Origin: Fonticula alba ATCC 38817
Lineage: Eukaryota > Protista > Nucleariida
Length of the DNA stretch: 64,000 nucleotides
Strand: one strand, 5' to 3'
NCBI GenBank assembly: GCA_000388065.2
Contig: KB932206.1
The translations under genes and the position numbers were made by a program. The notes beneath the pieces were generated by a model, which saw only the letters and a list, made by a program, of their open reading frames with translations, was not told the DNA's origin and ran no database searches. Positions 10,959-26,012 of the stretch are shown piece after piece; within the stretch, counting starts at the first letter, position 1, and every line of letters begins with the position of its first letter.

Positions 10959-13900
10959 CACCGGGGCCGGGTATGTTCGCGGCGGCAGTGGCGGCGGCAC
11001 CGGGGCCATGGAGGCCGTGCTGCCGGTCCTGCCCGCACGCGAGTATGCCGTCCTGTCGTCCAGTCTGAAGATGATCTGCAAAGGGCTGGCGTCCATTTCG
11101 GACGTCGACCTGGACCGCACCGTGCGCCAGTGCTTTGTCAACTTCTTCGCCAGCCTCCTGTCGGAACACACGAGCTACATCCTGCCGACGGTGCTCAGCC
11201 GAACTGGCACTCGCCTGGCGGTGACCATGTCCGACACGGATACCACCAGCGGGGACTCCTTCCTGGCCGGGCAAGCCTCCGGCACCAGCCTGGCCTTCGA
11301 TGTGGAGGGCTTCGTGTCGGAGCATCCCCCCGATGCGGCGGCCTTCCTGCGTGAGTTCATGGGCTCCCCCACGCAAATGTGGGCCAATTACCTGGACGAC
11401 CGTTTGGACCTGGACCAGGAGGCCGAGGCCGCCGGGCTCGGGGCCTCTGCCCCCGGCCTGCCGCCGCCCCTGTCGCCACTGCCCTCTTCCGGTGGCGGGG
11501 CCGACTCCGGGGCCGGGGACTCGGCCAAGGCCGGGATTCTTCGACGCCGGGCCATCCGCCAGCATGGCCTCCGGCTTTTCGAGCACTTCATCCACCAGCA
11601 TCGGACATCCGGGTCGGTGAACTTGGCCCCGCTGAAATTCGCCTCCAGCATGCCGGTCTCCCCCCGGGCGCCGACCTGGGCCAAGGGCAGTGGCTCGGCC
11701 GATGGTGCGGCCCTGGGCGGACGCTTCCCCAAGTGGGCCAGTCATCAGGTGCCCGGCCAACGGACCCGCACCAAGAGTGCCATCTTCCTGGCCAATCGGC
11801 TGAACCGGCGAAACAGCATCGACACCGGGCTGGCATCGGGGCGGCAGGCCACGGCGGCCCCGGTGCCGACCGAGCTGCAGCTGAGTGATTCGCAATTCCG
11901 GCGGATGCTCCTGGAGGCGGCCAAGGGCGCCATCAGCAGCATCATTGTCCGGGGCCGGGCCAGCGGTGCCAGCATCCTGGAGGCCTCTGGGTCTGGGGCA
12001 GCCGCCGGCGGCGGCGGCGGCGGGCCCGGGGGGCTCCCCCCATCGCCACCACTCGGCCCGATGCCGATCATCACGGTTTCAAGTGCCACATCGCATCCCT
12101 CGGCGACGGCCAGCGGCTCGGGCAGCAGTGGGACCGGATCGTCCGGCGGCCTCGGGGCGTCATTCCTCCGGCGCTTCAGCAGCACCTCGGCTGGCGGCAA
12201 TGGCAATGCCCCATCGGGCCCCGGTGGGGGCTCCTCCGCCGGCGGTCTTCCCCACTCGGCCAGCATGTCCATCTCCGGGGTTTTCGCCTCCGAGGCGGTT
12301 GGCCCTGGCGGGGCGGCGGTCGACCCGCTGATGATCGGCCGACCGCGGGGCTTCAGTGACGAGCGTGTCTTCCGGCAGTTTAGCACGGCTCTCGAGCGTA
12401 TCTTCAACCATGGTGCCATCGATTTGGCGTCCAGCGGATCGATTTGCATGCCGGGGATTGGCAATGGTGCGTTGGAATGCCCCTCCTGCGGGTTCCTCCC
12501 ACTCCCCTCCCGCCGCCTTCCCTTGTGTCCATGTTCTTTAACCTCCCGCGCTGCCATCTCCCCACCCGGTCTCCCCTTCCTTCCTTCGGCTCTCTTTGTC
12601 TTTCTTCCGCGCCTCACAGCGATGTCGGTGACCACCTCTCGGACGAATAATGGGCTCTGGCTGTTGGTTCGCTCGGCGGCAAAGAGCAACCCCCTGGTCC
12701 AGGCCGAGGTGGCGATCCTGGAACAGCGGCAACTCCGACGGGTGTTCCGGTCCGGGGTCGGTCTTGGACGCGCCTGGCTGCGGCTGGTCTGTGAGCGGGG
12801 CGATGTTTACGAGGCCATTGAGCGCGTGGTCAGCTACCCGGACTTGATTCGGTGCGTCCGATGCTCGCCGCGCCATTTGTCTGTCTGGGCGCCGCGCCGG
12901 CATATGCACACCAACAAACACCCCTCCGTCGACTGCTGGCTACTGACCTTCGCTCCCTCCCCCTCCCTCTCCCCCTCCCTCTCTCTCTCTCCCTCTCTCT
13001 CCCTCTCTCTCTCCAGGACCCACTACGCTCCCACGGCCTTCTTGCGGGATGAAAATTCGCGCTTCTCCCTTCTCGCATCGCTGGTGGGCTTGCTGGGGAT
13101 CGACTTCACCGGGCTCTTCAGCTCGCGCTTTGGCATTTCGCCGCAGGACGTGACCGAGGAGTTTTCCCCCATGTCCACGGCCTCGTCATCGTCCTCGCCG
13201 ACAAGCATGCACGGGCAGCCCTTTGCCGGGTCGCCGGTGGCTGGCGGCCCGGCGCCCCCCTTCGGTGGGAGTTCCACCCCTCCCGGTGGCATCGGCCCCG
13301 GCGGGGGCGGCGGCGGCGGCAGCAGCAGCAGCAGTGCCGGCGGCTTCCTGACCCCGACCAAGCGCCGGGTTCTGCAACGCCGCGGGTCCGGCGGCGGCAG
13401 CGGCGGCGGCTCCAAGACCTCACTGTTTGGCCGGGCGCGCAATGGGACTCCCGGGGGCGGCCCCCCTTCACAGGCCGGGTCCGGTGCCTCCAGCGCCACG
13501 TCCTCCACCAGTCACACGGCGGCCCTGCTGCTGGGACCAGACTTGCCCCTGCCGGCCATCGAGTACCGGGCGCTGGTGACCCAGCGAACGGGGAGCTTCC
13601 TGCGTGGGCGGCGAGTGCTCCAAGCCCAGAAGGCCGAGACGGCGGTTTCGCGCGGATCCTCCACCTACGTGACGCACATGTCCTCGCGCGGGACTCCCTG
13701 GAACATCCATGCCATCCCGAGCACCCTGTCCACCCCGGTGGCGGTCATGTCGCCGCTGTTGATGGTCAGCTCGCCGCGCGGCGGCGGAGCCGGCCCGGCG
13801 GGGGACCCGGCGGCCGGCGGCCACTTGGACTCCCCTTCGCCCGGGTGGTTTTCCTCCTCCTCCTCCTCGTCAGATGCCGGGGCCGACATGGCGCCCTCCG

Positions 13901-14256
13901 CCGGGCGCGGGCTCTTCCCCCCGCCGGGCTCCGGGCAAGCGGCGCGCGTGCGCATTCAGACCGACCCATCGGCCCGGCTGTCAAGCAACTTCAGCGATGG
14001 GGGCGGCCCGTCGCCGCGGAATTCCATCGGCTCAGCCCATGAGGCCGGGGCCGGCGGGGCGTCCTCCTCTTCCTCCTCCAGCAGTCGGTTGAAGTCCTTC
14101 CTCACGCGTACTTTCTCCTCCTCCTCCTCGGCTTCCAAGCGTGCATCCATCTCCGGCACTTCGACGGGTGGACTCTCCGATGGGGCATTCTCCTCGGCGG
14201 CCATCTCCAACTCCTCTACCGCCGAGCTGCCGGAGTCCTTCTTCGCCGCGGAGTGA
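8632..14256 (+). CDS. DENND5: uDENN-DENN-dDENN plus RUN domain protein (DENND5/Rab6IP1-like Rab GEF), about 9 exons, with long Gly/Ser-rich inserts
   Basis: uDENN: RLVDYVLLCG, LEPKVLSRYPD, MCFP, GFVLTKLCG|TRAYGYCLTF. DENN core: LLEQKVIFVS, LLFPFQWPHVYIPCLP, LDAPVPYLIGI. dDENN: VRQCFVNFFASLL. RUN: LGRAWLRL, HYAPTAFLRDE, LVGLLGIDF. The long six-frame ORF reads through two introns (about 12465-12620 and 12851-13017). The start codon is not certain. Confidence 0.85.
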
Positions 14257-15255
14257 CGGCCTCGTCCGTGCACTGTGCGCCCGCGTGTTCTCCTGGTGTC
14301 CGGAAGGGGGGGGGGGGGGGGGGGGGGGGGGCGTGCGTCTGAGACATGCGCGCATAAATGTGCCCCCCTCCTTGACTGGCAGCAGGCCCGATCCTGCTGT
14401 TTGTGGGTGCATGGTGATTGGCGCCAGCGTGCGTTCGAGTGTGTCTTCCACGCATGCGCGCTCGACCCCCCCCCCCCCGAACGCACACGCGGCCGCATGT
14501 GCGCCATACACATATTCATGCGCCTCCGAGTGGCCAGCCGGCGGACGCGGGGGGATCGAAAGGTAGGAGGGGCCGGCCCGCAACAGCCCGACGCATGCTG
14601 CACTCCGATCGGCCTCAGCGGTGTGTGCACACGCCTGCGGATCGCCCCGTCGAGCATGCATCCCGGGCCTCCCTGGCCCCCGCTCTTTCTCCCTGTGTCC
14701 TGCCCGCTCGCCGAATATAAGTGTCCTTGTGAAATGGTGCAGCCTGTTTTTTTTTTCTTTCCCTTTCCTGTCCACCTCTTGAGCCGAGGGAAAAGCGCCC
14801 AAAGCGGGGCCTCCTCCCGGCGCCGCCTTTTTCCATGCTCGCCGCCAAAGGGGTCTCTCTGTGCCAGGGGTGGGCTGGGCACAATGCTGGAATATCTCCC
14901 ACGCCAAGAATCGTCATGCTCCACAACAAGAACAGCATCCCGAGGCGCCGACAGGCCGAATGGATCTTGTGTCCCGCTATAGCATGGTGTTCTGTTCTGC
15001 GACTACCATCATCGATAGCAGGCGCGCGCCAATGTCCGGGGACATTGGGCTCGGATCGGCTGCCCCCGTCAGTGGGCATGTGGGGTGGACTCTAACCCCC
15101 CCACTGGTGTTCAGGCGGGTGTGAGTCTTTTCCCGTATGCGTGGGCCTGTGCACGCGAATGTGTGGAGAACTCTTTACCCTTTGGTTATGCCTGGAATCC
15201 AGGGCGTGTGGCAGGGTTCCCCCTTCCCTCCCCCGTGTCCAGCCCGCGGCCAGTC

Positions 15256-15751
15256 GGGGGGGGGGGGGGGGGGAATCGTCGCTGTCACATCACCACGACC
15301 GCCGGCACCAGGGCACGGGCCCAAGGGCGAGGAGGGGTGGCAGCAGGCGGCATCGTACCCACGGGAGGTACCCTTGGACCGCGGCCGGCTGATCCGGCTC
15401 GGTCGTGTCAGGTGGGGGGTTGACCCGCTTGGGCGGGGGCGTGGCTGGTCTTTTCCTGCGTGACAGGCGAACAGTCTTTGCCAGACTCTCCAATGCCACC
15501 CGGGGGGGGGGGGGGGGGGAATCGTCGCTGTCACATCACCACGACCGCCGGCACCAGGGCACGGGCCCAAGGGCGAGGAGGGGTGGCAGCAGGCGGCATC
15601 GTACCCACGGGAGGTACCCTTGGACCGCGGCCGGCTGATCCGGCTCGGTCGTGTCAGGTGGGGGGTTGACCCGCTTGGGCGGGGGCGTGGCTGGTCTTTT
15701 CCTGCGTGACAGGCGAACAGTCTTTGCCAGACTCTCCAATGCCACCCGGGG
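15256..15751. repeat. Perfect 246-bp-period tandem duplication, each copy starting with G18
   Basis: AATCGTCGCTGTCAC...CCAATGCCACCC starts at 15274 and again at 15520; the copies are identical by eye. Confidence 0.9.
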
Positions 15752-18256
15752 TCGCCTGCCGCCAGCCATGTGTGTGTGTGTGAGCGGAAGAGAAAGAGGG
15801 AGAGACAGATAGAGTGGTGGTTTGTACGATTGACGGTGCGACCGTGTGGCAATGCGACAGCGTACGTGGAAGCGTTAAAGACAAAAGGGTGTTGAACAGC
15901 ACACCCTGGGTGTGCATTATATGTGTGGATTCGCATGCAAGCGAGGGCGCGCCAGGGTCGGCGCCGTAAGAATGCCCGTTAACGGAAAGGATCCTGGTGT
16001 CATGCACACTAGCCATTGCCGCCTTGATGGATCTACTGCCTCCTTGCCCGTGTGTGTGTGTGCGTGTATATATGTGTGGTTTGCATGTCAGCATGTACGT
16101 GAATATGTGTGTACTGGGGGGTCGTCGAATATGCATGTGCAGGGCAGGAGCCACCGCGGCTTCATGGCGATTTCTGGGGCCCCGGGCCCGTCGGCCGGTA
16201 CTACTATGTCCTCGGTCGTGTGCCAGGCAGGTCCAGAGCCAGGGCGCCTCATTCTAGACACACGGAACGCGCGCTTATGAGTCTGCCCTCCCCAGGCAGA
16301 CCGCCCCCTGTGCCCCCCTGGTACGGGGCGTCATCATCAGAGCCTCGACCTCCCCCCCCCTCCCCCCCCGCCCGCCCTTCCCACCACCCCCGGACGACGC
16401 CGGCAGAGGGGACCGAAGAAGGGATGGCCAGGCAGCCGGCTCGCGGCCTTAGTAAACGAGCCAGCGCAGGCTCCCGGGCCGAGCCTCCATTTGCGAGGGC
16501 TGCCATGCCCCGGTAGGCGCCTTTACCTACACACCGCATGCGCCCTAAGTCCGCCCCCCCCCCCGGGCCAGCGGAGCGCACTAATCGCCAACCGCCGGGC
16601 GTCCCACTATTTTTCCCCGCTCCACGGACCGGTTTCCGGCTTTCTTGCTCCTAACCGCGCACCCCCCCGGACGGGGCAGCCGTGCTCCCACCGCACGCCG
16701 AGACGGGAGGGGGGGCGGATTTCAGTTACCCCCGCACGCGTCCTGGGGGCGCCAGGGGCACGGCGCGCTGGGACGCCCGTTTCCAGGACCCGCCCGGGCG
16801 GGGGCGCCCCCCGGTCCCCCCCCCCCCCCGCGGCTGTCCGTCCTTCGGCCCCTCCCCTTTCTGAAAACAGGGAACACACCTGCTTGGCCGGGGGAGGGAC
16901 ACGGAGTGGGGGCGAGCGCATAGATGCCCCTCCCCCCGAAGGGCACTCTGTGCAGTAACCTCAACAAGGACCCCTCGCGCGCTTCGCAGGCAGCCCAACA
17001 GACTGGGGCATACGTCCCACCTTTTCTCTGATCATGCTGACGCGGGTGCACACAAGCCGGGGTGGACTTTTTCCTGTGCCCCCGGTTGCCCCCCCCCCCC
17101 CCCCAGCCCTTTCCTGCACTTTGGCCATGTTATTTGCGTGCCCGAAAAAGAGGGCGCGCTGGCAACTCGGAGACGCGTGTGGCGGTGGTCCGACCTCGAG
17201 TGCACGGGGGAGGGCCCCGGGCTCCTGGTTGCACGACGAAAGATATGTCCAGGGGCCGCCCCCCCCCCCCCCCCGCCCCCGCCCCCGCCCCACGCACACA
17301 CATGCCTATCGCTCCGGTGCTCAGACCTACATCATCAGACGCAAGACAGGGGGGGATCGGGGCCGGCGGGAACACCCCACCGGGGAGCCCTCCGCGTCTG
17401 ACCGCCCCCCTCCCCGCCTCCCAGAAAGAGAGAGAGACAGAGAGACAATACAGCACCCAATTACTGGCTCCGTGGCGGGGGGCAATGGATGTACTAGTGC
17501 GGCTTGCCCAGCCGGCGNNNNNNNNNNNNNNNNNNNNNNNNNNNNNNNNNNNNNNNNNNNNNNNNNNNNNNNNNNNNNNNNNNNNNNNNNNNNNNNNNNN
17601 NNNNNNNNNNNNNNNNNNNNNNNNNNNNNNNNNNNNNNNNNNNNNNNNNNNNNNNNNNNNNNNNNNNGGGGAACGTCGTCCTGCCGGCGCCGTTTCCCCC
17701 AGTCCGGCATCGGCAGGCGCGGCCCCGGCGGCGAGCAGCCAACTGGCACACCCTCCTTTGCCCCCCGCCCCCTTCCCTCCCCCCGAGAAAAGGGAGTCGC
17801 TTGGATACTCGCGGTGCCCTGGGCATATCCAACCATACCCCTAAGGCCAAAGTGCACGCCATCTTGGTATCACCCCTTCCCCCCCCCTCCCCCCCTCGCT
17901 CCCCCCCTACCTCACCTCTTTCCCGTCCCCCCTCCTCTCCTCGCCCCTCCCCTCCCCACTCGGTCGCTCGCTTGCTCGCTCGCTCGCTCGCCCCCTCCCC
18001 CCCCCCTCCCGCCGGCTGTCTGCAGACACCCTGCCCCGCGGCTTGCTCCTGCCTTTGCTCCCGGAAAAGCCGCTGTCCCTGCTCCCTCCCTCGCTCCCTG
18101 TTCCGCGCGTCGCTTTTGCGCAAGACTCTGCCCCGCTCAAAGGACCCCCCCCCCCGCTCCTGAGGCTGACACGCTTGTTCTACCTTTCCTTCCTCCCCTC
18201 CTCCGAAGACCCGGGTCCCTCTTCCCCCTCCCCCTCCCCACTCTTCCCCCTCCACG

Positions 18257-19925
<1,669 letters not shown>

Positions 19926-20970
19926 TCGTGTGCCATCCCCCCCCCCCTCTTCCGGGGCGATGCCAGCCTTGTGCTTGTCTTGCCGTTCCACACGCGGCCC
20001 ATTGTGGCACCGCTCGTCTTCCCATGGCGACCGCGGCCTGATGGTGATGCCCCGTTCCCGGTGAGAATGGCATGGTTGGCATTTCTGCGACGAGAAGGGG
20101 CAGGCATGCCTCGTGCGCGCGCGCCATGCGCCACGCGTCGCGCGCATATGCGTAGAAAAGCGCGAAGGGGAGGGAGAGGGGTCGCGAGCAGCGGGCGGGG
20201 GCGTGCACATGCATCCCCCCCCTCCCCCCCCCCCCTCCCCTCTTTCTCTGGCCTCATGCCCCCGCTTTTTATCCCTTCTGTGCAAATGCGCACGCACGCG
20301 CATGCTGGGGCTGTTTTCTTTTTTTGCCGCCCATGCCTCCTCCTCGTCCTCCCCCCTCCCTGGGTACATGGCCCTCCTTTTCCTCGCCTGATGGCCTGTG
20401 TATCTCTCATACGCGCCTTCACAGTATGCATGCCACGCCTCCTCCAGCCTCCCCTCCTCTCTCCAGGGGGGGGGGGGGGAGCTGTGTATGCTGGTTCGTC
20501 GAGAAAAAGGGGCAATGCCCCAGCGGCTGTAGCTTATTTTGCACTCTTTCAGAACCCGTGAACTGTTTTCTTGTGCTCAGAAACAGCCCCAACACTGTGT
20601 GTATATTTGGTACGATCTTCAAATAATGTGCCCTGGCATGCCGCCTCCGCGCTGCCTCCCTCGTCGCCGCCGCTTCTTGCACATATGCTGATCCTTCCTC
20701 GTCCTGCCTCTCCCTCTCGCTCATTGCCCCTCCTGTGTACCCATGTGCCCGGATATGCTCCCCCGCAGGATTGTCCACTCAGTTACAGGGATCTATTCAC
20801 CCACCAGTGTCTTGACATTGCGCCTCCTTCTCTTCCTCCTTCCCCTCCCTCCCTCCCTCCCTTCCCTTGTGCGTATGCAGCAGCAGCGCGGTGCCCTCCA
20901 AGCCCTTGTTGCGCGCGCCGGCCCGCTGCTGCCTACTACCCCCCTTCCTGCCTTCTCTCCCCCCAGACAC

Positions 20971-20976
20971 AATAAA
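20971..20976 (+). terminator. Candidate polyadenylation signal for PP2A
   Basis: AATAAA about 1 kb after the PP2A stop, just before the convergent orphan gene. Confidence 0.3.
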
Positions 20977-21239
20977 AAAAACATACATACACATAGCTGC
21001 ATCCTGCAACGTGCCATGTCTCTCCGCTCCCCGGCCCTTGTTTGTTCCTTCCCGTGTGTCACATGGGGGCGCCAGAACGGGGGACCTCAAGCCAGGCATC
21101 GGCAATGCAAGGGCCATGTCGCATGAGGGGGGGGGGGGGGGTTCCTGGATATATTTCGCCCGGCACGCGCTGGAGAGGGGGGCCATGGCGCGCATGCACA
21201 AACACCCCGCGCCCAGGGCACTTGGGAATCTCTGCCGCA

Positions 21240-23809
21240 TCATGAGGAGGAGGCGTCTGACGGCTGACCCTGTGGGGCCAGCGGCGCGGCGTCGGTCTCC
21301 TGCCCCGGGCGCTTGAGGAGAACCACCTTGGAGAAGGGCGGCAGCTTGGGGCTCGTCGATGGGGTCGCGCCTTTCTTGGCCTTGGCGCTCTTCTTCTCCG
21401 GGGCGCCGGCCTCCTTAGAGGGCTCCGAAGAGGAGTCCTTCACCGGCCGGGCTGACGGAGGACCAACTTCAGCCTCGGAGCTGGATGCATCCGAATTGGC
21501 ACTCGGCGAAGGAGCATCGGTCGGCTTGGGCCTGTCTGGCCGCAAGAGAAGAGTCGCCGACGCCAGGGGCGGCCGGGGCTTTGGCTGCGGCGGCGGCGGC
21601 GGAGTCGGCGCCGCAGGCCCCGGCCCCGGCCCCGAGGCAGGGCTGCTGTCATCGTTGGCCGACCCGGGCGGCGTGCTGTCATGACCGCTTGGGGGGATGG
21701 GGCTGGGAGCAGGCTTGGCCACCTTGGCAGGCGGCTTGGCAAGCTTGAGGGGCTTGGCGGGCCCATCGGCCGGGGCCGCCACCACAGCGCCCTTCTTGTC
21801 GACTTTGGCCGCCTTGGCCGCCTTGGTCGCAGCCTTAGCTGCCGCCTTGGCTGCCGCCTTGGCTGCCGCCTTGGCTGCCGCCTTGGATGCCGCCTTGGTC
21901 TCGGCCTCGACCCTCTGCCTGGCCACCTTCCGGGCTGCCTTTGCCTCGAGTCTGGCAGCAGCAAGAGCCTCCGTGTCGGCCTGGGCCTTGGTCACGTCGA
22001 GGTCCACCTTGCTGTAAATCGCCACAGCTGCGGCCGCCTCGCGGTGCTTCTCCTGTGCGATGAGCCTTTGGGCGTTGGCCAGCTCGATGCACGCCTCCAG
22101 GTCAGCCCGGGCCTGCTCAATTTCGCTCGGCTCACCGCCGTCGAGAACCAGCGCATCCACATGAGCACGGGCAGTGTCAACCGCCAGCCCGGTTTGCACG
22201 GCGAGAGCCTCAGCGGCGGCGGCATCTCGCGCCGAGGACTCCGCCAACCGAAGGGCCATCTTACTTGCTGTGGCTTCAATCGAGCTCTCGGCCTGAGTGA
22301 CCACGAGCGATGGTGCGGCACTCTCGGGCTGGGCAGCCGTGGCCGGGGTTGTGGCCGGGGTTGTGGTCGCAGCCGCAGCCGCAGCCGCAGCCTGAGCCGC
22401 AGCCGCAGCCTGAGCCGCAGCCGCAGCCTGAGCCGCAGCCGCAGCCGCAGCCTGAGCCGCGGCCTGAGCCCCACGATGCTTATCCGAGGCAAGACTCTGA
22501 TAGGTGCTGCCCATGGTTTTGACCAGAGAGAGGGTCCTCTCAGCCAAAGTAACAACATCTGGATTGTCGGAGATCCGGATGATGGCGTCGTAATCCCTCC
22601 GAGCCTGTGTGGAGAGCTTTTGAACCTCCCGGGCCTTGTTCGTGGCCAAAGTGGCAGCCTTTTCCATGGCCTTGGCCACCTTGGCCAGCTCCCTGACACT
22701 CGGCGCCGCCGTCGCAGGGGCTTCGGCCAAAGGGGTATCCTTGGAGATCGGGTCGCCCATTTCGGGCTCTCCAGGGGCACCATCCCTGGCGACAGTCGCC
22801 TTGTCCGCCGACTCTGTGGCCTCCGCGGAAGCCAGCGTCATGGCGAGAGCCAGCTCGCGATGCTTTTCCCTGGCGATGGCCCTGCAGCTGACGACCTTGT
22901 CAAAGCTCTTGCTCAGCACCTGGATGCCCACATCGATGGCGGTCCAGCTGCTGGAGCTGACAATCGTCTGCTCGACATTGGCCTTGCTGGTCTGGGACGC
23001 CTTCAGGGCCTCCCAGAAATTGTTCTCAGCCGCGACCGATGCCGCATGGGCCAGCTTGAGGGCAATTTGGGTGGAGGGCGATACCCCCTTCAGGGGCATC
23101 GGGGGCGTCTTGGCAGGCATCTGAGATCCGGCAGCCGAAGAAACATCCTGGGAGTCGGTCAACAGCGTCCAGTCACTCAGGACCTCATCCGCCTGGTGGA
23201 GGGCTACCAAAAGAGCCAGGACCTTGCCGGAGGCGTCGCCGTTGCCCTTCATGCCGATGAGGATTCGCACGGCCTCGGCTGACATGTTGACCGGCCGCGG
23301 GGCGGAGGGCTTCTTGACCACGACAATCGGCTTGCCGCCAGGCCCGAGGGACGTCCCACCGAGTGAGGGCTGCTCGGGCTCGGGCTCCAACTTCGGAGGC
23401 ACAAAGGGCAGGTGGTTCCGAGTGACGAAGTCCCGGAGCTGAGTGACGGAGTGCATGGCCGACCAGGTTTGCTTGCAGATGACCGGCGGGAAGCTGCCTG
23501 GCGAGACAAAGGTCACCGGAGAGTCCGGGCAGGCCGGCAGCCGAATTGCCCCCGCCGGGGGGGGCTGCTCCGTGACAAGGAGGAAGTTCAGCTTCCACGT
23601 CTGAGCAAGCACATTCATCTCGCCCAGGGTCTTGGACAGCTGCTCAAATGTGGCCTGGGGCAGCTGGCTGCCAATTTGACGCATCTCATCCGGCTTCGAG
23701 TTTGTACGTGGTGACACGAGGAAGCGAGTACTACGCAAGACACGAGACGCACGGTTAGCAAAAGGTGGAGCACGCAAGCCGGGCGAAGGAAGGCGAGGAG
23801 CAGGAGGAC

Positions 23810-23872
<63 letters not shown>

Positions 23873-23906
23873 AAGAGAAAGAGACAGAAAGAGGGAGAGA
23901 CAGAAA

Positions 23907-23953
<47 letters not shown>

Positions 23954-25974
23954 TCAGGGGGGAGGCGGAAACAATAGAAGACGCACTGAGCCAGCTGGCT
24001 GATGAACAGGTAGTACGAAAGGAACTTGTTGGCCGCCAGCTTGAGGGCCTTCTTCGAGCCGAAGGCCTTCATCTTGTCCATCTCATCGATCACTGAGAGG
24101 GCAAGTCCGATGCACGCCAGCCAGGGTCCGGTGCGGAGAGGGGAGCAGGCAGGAGCTAGGTCAGCAGTGTTGCCGGAGAAGAGGGCAGAACAACACACCG
24201 GGAGGATGCGCACGCTGGGCCGGAACAAGCATCATGGAGTGCGGGGTGTCGGTGAGGATTCGCGTGGTAATCGAGGCGAACCGGCTCACCGACGTGGCAT
24301 CGAATACAAAGCAGTCGATGGAAATCTGATTCTTGGCCAACGGCAGAGAGGTTGATGAGGCGGCTTTGGTTGCCGACTTCCCGGTGTCGTGCGCCGGCTT
24401 CAGGATCTTGGCGGCCGGTGCCTTGTTGGCCTTGGCCGACGACATTGACGCCCTCCTCACCCGCAATAAGAGCGGCGCGAAGGGAAGATACTCGTCGGGC
24501 GGGATCGCATTCAGATTCTTCACCTTCACTCGTGACTACAGGGCATGGCCAAGATCAGAAGACAAGAGTAGGTGAGGGCATAGGGAAGTGGTCAGGCGCC
24601 AGTGGAGGAAGAAAAAAACCATGCACATGCACCTGACACATGGGCACCCATCTAAAAAGACGAATTACAACGCACAAGCAGCGACCCGTCATCGGGGAGC
24701 ACTTTGCCCTCCTCGAAGATCTGCAAAGTGGGGATGATGAGGATTTGGAGAAATGTCACCATTGGGACCGGTCCAATTCTGGGTAAGAACGCGCAAACAC
24801 AGTGGGTTTGTGTCTCCCCTGGCCCCCTCGCTCTTCCATACGAGCGCATCAACGGGCCAGATGGAAGGGGACAGATGGAACGTACTTCACAGTGCTTCAC
24901 CAGCAGTTGATACAGCTGTACGAAGAAGAACCGCGCCAGGCGCTCGGATGGCTTATTGAGGCTAATGCGACATGGGAAGCCACCAAGGACAGGAGTTAGT
25001 CGGAGGGGGGGAGGGGGGGGGGGAGCGAGGGCGCATGCTCGGCAGGGTGGGGCAAGGGAACAGGCAACAACCGCTCCACCAGACGCACGAGTAGTACTTC
25101 TTCGGCAAAAAATCCTGGTAGTAGCTGGAGTAGTGCGGAGCCCAGAACATCAGGGCGTCCAGCAGGGCGCAAACCGGATGCGCCTTCAGCTGACGGAAGG
25201 GCGGATGAATGACCTGGTCGGTGATGCCCCAGAGATTGGCGATCTCCACCAGAACGGCCGCCAGATTACGCCGGTTTGGGAATTGCGCCTTCTTCAGCTT
25301 TCGGCCTCCGACTGCGGCGAAATGCATAGGTCGAGTCAGTTGGGCGACAGGATGCCTATTGAAAGAGGGCATGAAAATGGGCAAGAAAAGAGCGAGAGGG
25401 GGGGGGGGGGGCATGAACGCACAGAAATTGGGGAACGAGTCGTAGATGACGAACAGAGCCCCAAAGAGAACTGGCCCCCAGCTGTCGATGCCGAGGAAGT
25501 GACCAAAGGTCTTGTGCTGATCAAGAAGACGAATAAGGATGGTGGCGATGGCGTCTAGAGCCCAGTGGAACTTGGTGGCCGTTGCTTCTGCCAATCGCAG
25601 CGCGTCCCAAGGATGTCAGGGAGGCTGTGTCATGCATGGGATTCCCACCACGGCGGAGGGAAGGGGAGAAGGGGGAAATACGGAAAAGAGGGACAGGTGC
25701 CGGCGTCAAAAAAAAAACGTACTGTCGTTGGGATTCAAACTGCAGGTTGCCAGGACACTGAAGATGAAGTTCGGAAGAAGCTGCGTGTTCTCGTACAACA
25801 GGAGGGACTTGGAGTTGTTGAGGAACCCAGCTGTCAGCGAGTTCTCCGTGTACCGGAAGAAGAGCGGCGCCAGTGAGGGAATGGATGCAAGGTGCCTGTC
25901 CAACGTGCGGGAGAGGGGATAAGAGGAGTGGGTGACGTGGAAGGAGCGTTAATCGAACAGGGGAGGGTGCCAGG

Positions 25975-26012
<38 letters not shown>

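Noticed and set aside
9577-11895. 772-aa - strand ORF and similar long ORFs (2313-4685, 38700-40274, 21681-23282, 31775-32572)
   Set aside because: Antisense or off-frame shadows of real GC3-rich genes, some extended by N-gaps; no recognisable domains.
15256-15751. CRISPR-like or transposon-like reading of the direct repeats
   Set aside because: Only two long identical units; no spacers, terminal inverted repeats, target-site duplication or transposase.
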